A DNA stretch of 57,475 bases, the filler included, from Dugesia japonica (taxonomy: Eukaryota), in NCBI GenBank assembly GCA_001938525.1. It is 6 parts of 6 records of this genome, joined end to end, with 100 filler letters (N's around TTAATTAATTAA, not from the genome) between each part and the next. Parts side by side here need not be neighbours in the genome. Positions count along the whole stretch, not along the records: positions 48,682 to 57,475 come from MQRL01632211.1; 5 more parts are not named here. One strand, written 5' to 3'. The notes under the pieces were generated by a model. That model did no database searches. It was not told where the DNA came from and saw only the letters and a list, made by a program, of their open reading frames with translations. Below are positions 49,661 through 57,475 of this stretch, piece after piece. Position 1 is the stretch's first letter. Every line of letters starts with the position of its first letter. Made by a program: the position numbers and the translations under genes.

Positions 49661-49802
49661 AATTGTATTTATGATTACTGGTGTATTTGATTAAAATAAA
49701 AATTGTATCAAGAATAATTTATATTATTCAAACAAATAATCTGAGAAATTTTTCAATAAAGTAAAAAATAAATAAAATATTTTAAAAATATTAACTTCCA
49801 TT

Positions 49803-49990
49803 AAATAAATTTTATGAAATATAAAAATTTCATAAATATTTTACCTAATANNNNNNNTAAATAAATTTTATGAAATATAAAAATTTCATAAATATTTTAC
49901 CTAATATTTTCAATAAATAAATTTTATGAAATATAAAAATTTCATAAATATTTTACCTAATAATTTCATTAAATAGATATTATGAAATAG
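49803..49990. repeat. About 55-bp tandem repeat (3+ copies) upstream of gag
   Basis: AATAAATTTTATGAAATATAAAAATTTCATAAATATTTTACCTAATA repeated; each unit has an internal TTTATGAAAT/ATTTCATAAA inverted pair. Confidence 0.8.
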
Positions 49991-51026
49991 TTCATTTTAC
50001 TTATGTTTTAAAAACAAATTTTAATATTATATATATACAAAAATTAAAGAAAGATTTCTCAGATATTTAAATCTATGAATAATTCTTACAGCGTAAAAAC
50101 AGAATTAGGTGTACTCTGATTACTTTTTTTTCACGATTGTAAATTCTTGAATTTTTATCAGAATCAGATGTGTAAATTTTTCCAGCAATTAATTTATTTA
50201 CTTTGTTTTCATCATAGCTTTCATTCTCCTCCATTTCTTCTTTTAATACTTGACTTTCTAAAATAAGCTCATGAATTGCAAGGATAATTCCTTGTAATAA
50301 TTTATTCATTGAAAACTACCTATATGCTTGTTCTTTTTGTGTTAGCATGAAAAATTCATTATACACTGTTCTTAAATTTACCATAAAAATTGTACTAGTT
50401 TTTACCAATTCTATTGTTATAAAAGAATGTGCATTCATTCATTTCTCTTCTCTTTCTTATGCTTGTAAACGAAGACAGGAAAGTAGTTCGCTAACTTTGA
50501 ACTTCTTTTTGTTTTCCTGTACCAATATTATTGCTAATACTTTCGTTCTTTTTTCTTTTACTAAATTTGCTTGTTCATTTTTTGTTTTTTCTTCATATTA
50601 ATTATTTATATGAAATTTATGTCATTTATTGCTTAAAGATTTTTTATTGAGTTTTTTCTATTGGAACCAACTGATTTATACAGCCTATTATCGGTTATCT
50701 AAACTTTTGTAATTTGAAAAAAATTGAGTGAGAAATTTATATAACTAAACAAATTATAAAAATATCATTTTTTATTAACGCAAATAATTTTAAGCTGTTA
50801 TTAAGAACTTAATTTTTTATTGTCAAAGTTGTTTTAAATATCTACATTTAGGATCCTATAAGTAGATATGATCAAAAATTTAATGCATTCAAGAACCTTT
50901 TTCTTTTAAAATTGTCAAAAGAAAAAATTATTACATTAATACACAGATAAAATTGACAAATACAGGATTTTAATTAAGTCTTTAGACAATTTTATAAAGT
51001 TATTAAACCTTAATAAATTATAAATG

Positions 51027-51366
51027 CACAATTGGAAGAGCTATAGCCTAATATCATCTTTCAGCAAGATGGCACACAATCTGATATGGGAAAAAATGTT
51101 CATATCTTTTTAAATAAAACCTTTCCTGGTCGCTGGATACGAAGATATGATACGATTTTGTAGGCTTGGATATATGATTCCGAATGGATTTTTCTTGTGG
51201 GGTTACTTGAAAAATGCTGTGAATCGGTCTAAGGCTTAAGGTCTCAATGATTTGAAACGAAGGGCAATTACAGTTGCAGACGTCACTAATGAAGTCATTC
51301 TAAGAAGAAAATTGACGGAACTTGAGTATCGTATGAATATCCTCCGTGCAAATAATGGAGAACACA
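51027..51366 (+). mobile_element. Second copy of the Tc1/maT-like transposase C-terminus
   Basis: QLEEL*PNIIFQQDG..FLNKTFPGRWIRR..MDFFLWGYLKNAV..NDLKRRAI..ELEYRMNILRANNGEH; homologous to 4062-4410. Confidence 0.85.
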
Positions 51367-51985
51367 NNNNNNNNNNNNNNNNNNNNNNNNNNNNNNNNNN
51401 NNNNNNNNNNNNNNNNNNNNNNNNNNNNNNNNNNNNNNNNNNNNNNNNNNNNNNNNNNNNNNNNNNNNNNNNNNNNNNNNTAAAAACTTTGTGAACATTC
51501 TGATTTATAATAAAGACCTTTTAACTAATTTATGAGTAGATTTTACAAAACTATTTCAAGAAAAAATAATTCTTTTATGAATTTTGAGTAGCAATCCCAA
51601 AAACACTAAGTATTTATTCAAAAGATAAGAAATCGTCTGGTTGACAAAAATATTTTCAAAATATTATTATCATAATTTCTTGAATAAAATTCAAATTCAG
51701 AGTTTTTCTTAGAATTTTAGAAAAAAATATTTTCACTTTTCTATACACTTCTATTTTCATAAAGCAGTTAACAAATAAGCTTTTAAACAAAATGAAAATC
51801 TAGTTATTTACTTCGGTGTAAATGAATTTTTATTATGAAAAATTTCCACCTATCAGAAAACTTGAGAAATTTTCCTGTAATTCATAACTATAAATTCATA
51901 TTACTCCAATTATTACAACAATTTTCTATTTTCATAATTAATATGGCTAAAATCTGTAACAATTATTAATTTCAGCAAAATATAG

Positions 51986-52920
51986 ATGGACGAAATATAT
52001 ACAAATGGAACATTTCTTTATTTCCCATTAATAGGCTACTCTTTTTTAGGGTTTTCTGGAGTTATTTTAAATTCATTAATGATATTCATAATTATCAAAA
52101 GAAAAACATGGCAAATGCATAATTTATTAATATTTATTTTGTCCATTAGCGATATGCTTATTTCTTTTCTACATTTATTCAATTTAACATGTTTAATTTT
52201 AATTTTCTCTATCGGTTTACAAATATTTGATTCATCCTGGTACAATTGTTGGATTCGAGAAGTTATTCGATATTCTTTCATTTGTATTGATTTTGCAACT
52301 ATGGTGATGATGTCAGTAAATGGGTGTATAGCAGTAATCAATCGAGCAATTCAAATAAAGTACTTTGAAGCAATAAGAATTAAAATAGGATTAACTTCAT
52401 CAATTATATTATTTGCAGCTCCACTTTCTGTTGCGCAAATAATTATTTCACAATCAGAAATTATATTCTTGAAAGAATTAGTACAATGTATTATTATTCG
52501 TAAAATGAAATATCCTTTATTAATTGCTCCAGGAATAAATTTAACTTTATTCTTCATCAGTTATGGGGCAATTTATATTTATGTTTGGAAGAAAAGTAAA
52601 AAGGTTTCTGATCTTAGGTTAGATATTTTTATTTTGAAAACATATAAAATTGAAAAATGTAATTTAGCTCATCTGCAGGAATGAAATGGAAAATGAATCT
52701 TTTAAAACCATTGATTTTAATGTTGATTATATATGTGTTATTTTACTTACCTTATCTATTACGAGAAATATTATGTTTAACTGATATACTATCTAGAGAA
52801 ATAACACTGTTTCTAGCATATGTTCCATATGTTTCAAATCCTATGATATTCTTACTCAAGAAAAGTAATTATAAATATCTGAGTAGTAAATTTGTTAGAA
52901 AGAATACAAAAGTGAATTGA
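51986..52920 (+). CDS. Rhodopsin-class (family A) GPCR; exons 51986-52617 and 52668-52920, 294 aa
   Basis: Seven hydrophobic segments; TM1 LN, TM2 LSISD, TM3 Cys, TM6 FYLPY, TM7 NPMIF. A 50-nt gttaga...atttag intron (52618-52667) joins the two ORF-track pieces in frame (DLS|SSAGMKW). Confidence 0.85.
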
Positions 52921-53628
52921 TAAAATGGAATACGTTATGTAATTATCAATGTTGGGTATCATTTTAATTCTTTTACTAATACCTTTATTATAAATAAATA
53001 ATTTGAAGTATATTTTCTTCTCTTGTTTTAATTGGAAATAATAATAAAACCTTCATTAGAAATGAATATTAAATAATCTTCGCAATCAATTAAATAAACT
53101 TTACAATCAATTAAATCATAATAATAACAATATTATCTTACTAACTTAATGAAATAATCACAATAATACTAATTATATATTCAAAAAATATGAAATCTTC
53201 TGGTTGGCAAAAGATTTTCAAAATTGTACTATCATAATTTCCTGAAAAAAATTCAAATTCAGAGGTTTATCCTAGAATTTTAGAAATAATATTTTCACTT
53301 TTCTATACACTTCTATTTTCATTAAACAGTTAACAAATAAGTTTTTTAAAAAAAGAAAATCTACTTATTTACTTCAGTGTAAATAATAAATNNNNNNNNN
53401 NNNTTCAGTGTAAATAATAAATTTCCACATATCTGAAAAAATTAAGAACATTTCCAGTAATTCATCTATAAATTCATACCTTTCCTATTATTACAACAAT
53501 TTTCATATGGAATATGGCTGAAATATGTTACAATTATAAACTTACAATTATGATCTTGAAAAATTATTCACTTCTTCAATATATAGATGGACCAAATAAA
53601 TTTCTAATCTATTAAATAATCTTCAAAT

Positions 53629-53825
53629 ATTCATTAAAATAAAAGCTTTGATCAATTTTTTTGTTTTTGATAATAATTCGAATTTTCGACTTCGGTTGAA
53701 AATAGTCAATTCTTGACGAAAACTAAATCGAAAATTAGAAGTATTATCAAAAACAAAAAAAATTGATGGAAGCTTTTATTTTAATGAATTCTGAAAAACG
53801 ATCAATGGTTACGTCAAACAATTAC
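53629..53825 (+). mobile_element. Penelope inverted-pLTR hairpin with decayed hammerhead
   Basis: Arms ATTCATTAAAATAAAAGCTTTGATCAATTTTTTTGTTTTTGATAAT and its reverse complement; TTGACGA..GAAA-ATTA motif at 53708-53741; tail CGATCAATGGTTACGTCAAACAATTA. Confidence 0.72.
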
Positions 53826-53831
53826 CTTTAG

Positions 53832-54155
53832 CCCCGTCACTGATTTCAATGTAAAAATTAGCGGCAAAAATATTTAGCTTAAAATTAGAAATTATTTTTC
53901 AAAATAATAATAAATAAATAAAAAAAATAATAATAAAAAAATAATAATAAATAAATAAATAATAAAATAGTTAACATTGCACGTTAAATGGTCGAACATT
54001 TCAACAAATAGAATTAATATGCGAAATTAAAAATATCGAGAATATTCATGGTAAACATTTAATACTTCATTCATCATCATCACCATATTTGTGGATTTAA
54101 AGAAAATAATTTTGAAATTTTTTGCCCCATATTTGTGGCAAAATCAGTGAAAGGG
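53832..54155. mobile_element. piggyBac-like MITE with TTAG target-site duplication
   Basis: TIRs CCCCGTCACTGATTT and CCCTTTCACTGATTT (13/15 identical), with TTAG directly repeated on both sides. Confidence 0.65.
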
Positions 54156-55199
54156 TTAGATATGTTAAAATGTTTTGATATTAAGGGGGACAAAAATATA
54201 TTTGAAATACCAAAACAATAATCCCAAGTGCAGATGCACTACTTCCGCCTTCGACTACAAATATTAAAGAATTAATTTTAAACCAATATTAAAGAATTAA
54301 TTTTAAACCAATATTAAAAAACAAATTTTAATCAAGAATAATTTCTTTGGTTGTGGAACGAATCAAATATCCCAAAAATTTTCAGTAAAATCATCCACAG
54401 TGCTGTTTAAATTTTTTATTGATTATAGTTCTTAGTTTCAAAAATTATCGAAAACCCATGTAATTTGAAATCTATTTTCTATGCTGGATTTAAGCTTCAT
54501 TTAAAGTTTATTTATTACTAATACCTTTATTTTAAATAATTTGAAATCCATTTTCTTATTTATTTTAAATTGGGAAAATTAATAATGAAAAATTATTTTA
54601 AAAAAAATTGTAATTTGACAGACTTCTTTTATTTGTAATTTTATTTTAAGAAACAATTTAAAATATTAAATCTATTAAAAGAAATTTAAAACGTGTTTTT
54701 ATTTAATTGAGAATCATAACTAATATCTGTTAAAACTGAGTTATTAACCCGCTGTGGTTTTGTTTAAATAAATTCAGTCTTAAATGAGTATTTAAAAGAA
54801 GCTTCATAGCAGCAAAATAAAGAAAAGAAGAAAAGTGCATTATTTCATTTAGATTATTATCATGAGTCTAATACGTTAGTGATTCACAATGTATTTTTTA
54901 TACCAACCGCACTCGTTACTGTTTCACAAAGAAAATTTAACTTTATTCGAGTCAGACTCGTGATTATTGCACAAAGGGAAAATTTTTTGTCATAAAAATA
55001 GTTATTGAAAAGAAAATATAATTAAACAAATGCATAAAAATTGAATATATATAATCGATAAAAAACTGATTAATTAAAATTTTATCAATGAATATAAAAT
55101 AGAAAAAGTAAAAATAAATTTTAATAAACGTGGAAATTTACAAAAATATCTGATTTTTTTATTCAAAAAACAAAAAATGTTTTTCATACAGTTATCATA

Positions 55200-55387
55200 T
55201 ACAATTAACTATCGTTAATCTGGACCCCGTTTATCCGGAACTCCTTTAAAAATTATGTCTATAATTTATAGAAAAAAATCAATCCGAAATTCCGTAATAT
55301 GGAAAAAAAATAAATTAAGCATTATAAAATCAAAGAAAATAAGTGAAAGAATTTTATTTCGATAATATTAAACGAGAGTTGACTGTA
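55200..55387. mobile_element. pogo/Tigger-like MITE; a Tc1/mariner-type end starts at the shared TA (55386)
   Basis: Left TA-CAATTAACTATCGTTAAT; right end reverse-complements to TA-CAGTCAACTCTCGTTTAA; internal TTATCCGGAA; then TA-CAGTGTGTTAAAAAAAAATTAGCAACCC. Confidence 0.5.
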
Positions 55388-56904
55388 CAGTGTGTTAAAA
55401 AAAAATTAGCAACCCAATTAAATTTTGAAAAAATTCAATATGCGGATATATTAAAGTGAAATAAATATCAAAACTAAAATAACTACAGTATATATTACAG
55501 AACATGTTTTCTCTTAAAATTTAAATAATTGAATATAAAATATAATCTATTGTAATATATTTGAATTTTTAACCGTTCAATAAAATTAAAAACCTTTCAT
55601 GAACAATTTATTTTTGTTTTATTAATTCATTTAACTTATTACAAAGAAGTTGAAATAAAGTCTAAAACTTAAATAAATTATGTATGTATTTGAAAATTAT
55701 GAATAAATCAGTAAATTTAAATTTACTTTTTACATAAAGATTTTTTTTAATAAAGCATTAAAAACAATTTACATGTTTTTACATTAGATTTGTTGTATTT
55801 CCTAAAATCTTAAATTTAGCCAAAATGTCGCGTAAAAAATGAAATTCCAATTCATAAAGATAAAAATATACTTGGAAAAGAAAAAGTGTTTAGGACAATT
55901 TGGGATTTAATTAATACCACATTTCAGGAGAGAGCAGCATCAGATTGATTATAGATTACCAGTAATAGAATTTACGATGAACGCCACAAAGCCGAAGACC
56001 ACAAAGAGCCCGACTGAAGAAAATTAAAGAAAATTAATGGCATTATAAAACATGGTAAATTACACTTTTCTTACAGTTAATAAGTTTGATTAAAATACTT
56101 TTCGCAATATTTATAGAAACTGAGTTGTTTGTATATAATGATTACTTAATTAATCATTAATTATCAAAAATATAATAAGTCATTTTTCTTATTAAAATAA
56201 GGTACCCAATTTAGTTTATTTTAAATATTCTTTAATAGAAATATCAAAATAAAACAAATGAAAATTAATAAAAAAAAAACAATTTGAAACAACTGCAATC
56301 ATTATTAAAATTGCATTTATTTTACATTCTTAGCCAAATGTCTTTACATAATTACTTTTAATTTAATAATTTCATGACTGTAATAATTGACTTTTACAAA
56401 ATCATTATTTAATTATTTTAATTTAACAGCGATAAAATGAAAAATATTAATAAATGGAAAATTTTAACACAAAAAAAACATTACTCGATATTTTCATGAT
56501 GTTGATATTTCAGATGAAAAATCTTATTAAATATTTTATTAAATATTTATTAGATATTATTACATATTTTATTAATTAATAATTAAATTATTCATGATCG
56601 AAAATTCAATATTTTTGTTTAATTAAAGTTTTATTATTGGATAAATCAAAAGAGCTTTTTAAAATAACTTTTGATTAAATACTTTTTTCAGAATAATATT
56701 GTAATAATATAATTTCGTTTGACCAGGCTTGAAAATATTTGATGTAAATCATTGAGGGCTATTGATGGTTTTTATTCATTTCCTGATTATGTTGCAGGCC
56801 ATTTTCTCAATCCATCTTCTCAATGGGTATTATTGAAACAGTTAAATCCATAGTAATAATCTATTGCCTTATTCATTCGAAATATAATTTCAATAAATAG
56901 TTTC

Positions 56905-57400
56905 ATAAATCAATTCGTTTTGGCATGAACTTTTTCGTGACTTCTTGTGATCTGAGACAGCTGTTTTTCTGTTTGAACCATTTTTAGTCCATCACAGCAT
57001 GATGGTAGAACAATATCACCTGGTAAACGGATATTAGTACCAAAAACTGTTTCGCATGGTGATAACTCTGAATCTTCCCCCGCCGCGTTACATTTACCTA
57101 ACATTGTTAATGGAAGATTTTCTAACCAACTACGTTTCAGTTCTACGTATCCTTGAGTACGTAAAGAATTTTTTTGGAAACCTGTAGAAATTTTTATTTT
57201 TCCATTGTACTGTTGGTGGTATGGTGCCGTATGCCTATGTTCAATTTCAAATTAATTGCAGAAGTTGTTAAATTTTTCAGATATAAATTGTCTACCATTG
57301 TCGCTTACTATTATCTATGATACTCCGAAGCGAGATATTCATTCTTTAGTTAAGGCTTTTAGCACGGTTTCGGATGTAATTTCATTCAGAGCCACTACCT
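56905..57400 (-). mobile_element. LTR retrotransposon integrase core fragment
   Basis: EVVALNEITSETVLKAL..ISRFGVS*IIVSDNGRQFISEKFNNFC..HTAPYHQQYNGK..SPCETVFGTNIRLPGD. Confidence 0.85.
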
Positions 57401-57475
57401 CTATTAGATAATTTTATAAATTCGAAAATTTTTTAATATTTTTTAAATTTAATGTAATAAGGTTTTTATTAAAAT

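Larger units (their letters stand above)
53168..54580 (+). pseudogene. Remnant of a tandem GPCR duplicate (upstream region, start codon and 3' flank kept; CDS lost)
   Basis: 53168-53597 mirrors 51605-51995 up to ATATAGATGGAC(C/G)AAATA, and 54514-54580 mirrors 52972-53040. Confidence 0.7.

Noticed and set aside
50073-50601. Lys/Glu-rich minus-strand ORFs as candidate upstream Hook exons
   Set aside because: No Hook motifs, internal stops, no convincing splice sites, and a different scaffold piece.

Overview
This is very AT-rich animal (spliceosomal-intron) DNA, not prokaryotic. It appears to be six short scaffolds joined by artificial 100-nt N44-TTAATTAATTAA-N44 linkers (pieces 1-12411, 12512-21617, 21718-31418, 31519-40001, 40102-48581, 48682-57475), so linkage across linkers cannot be assumed. 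Host genes: three internal exons of a Hook-family microtubule adaptor (minus strand), a divergent synaptotagmin-14/16-like tandem-C2 ORF, and a two-exon rhodopsin-class GPCR followed by the ghost of a tandem duplicate. The rest is mostly degraded transposons: several Ty3/gypsy elements, Penelope-like elements (RT + GIY-YIG), mariner, Tc1/maT-like and hAT remnants, and MITEs. Most interesting: (1) a gypsy integrase tail followed by an env-like signal segment and a REX4/ISG20-like DEDDh exonuclease; (2) a dispersed family of hairpin-shaped Penelope pLTR insertions carrying minimal hammerhead ribozymes; (3) Polinton/Maverick-like AGTAG termini with transcription-factor-site arrays, protein-primed PolB fragments and orphan coiled-coil ORFs; (4) a 5S rRNA-derived SINE. 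All protein assignments come from motif recognition by eye, not database searches.
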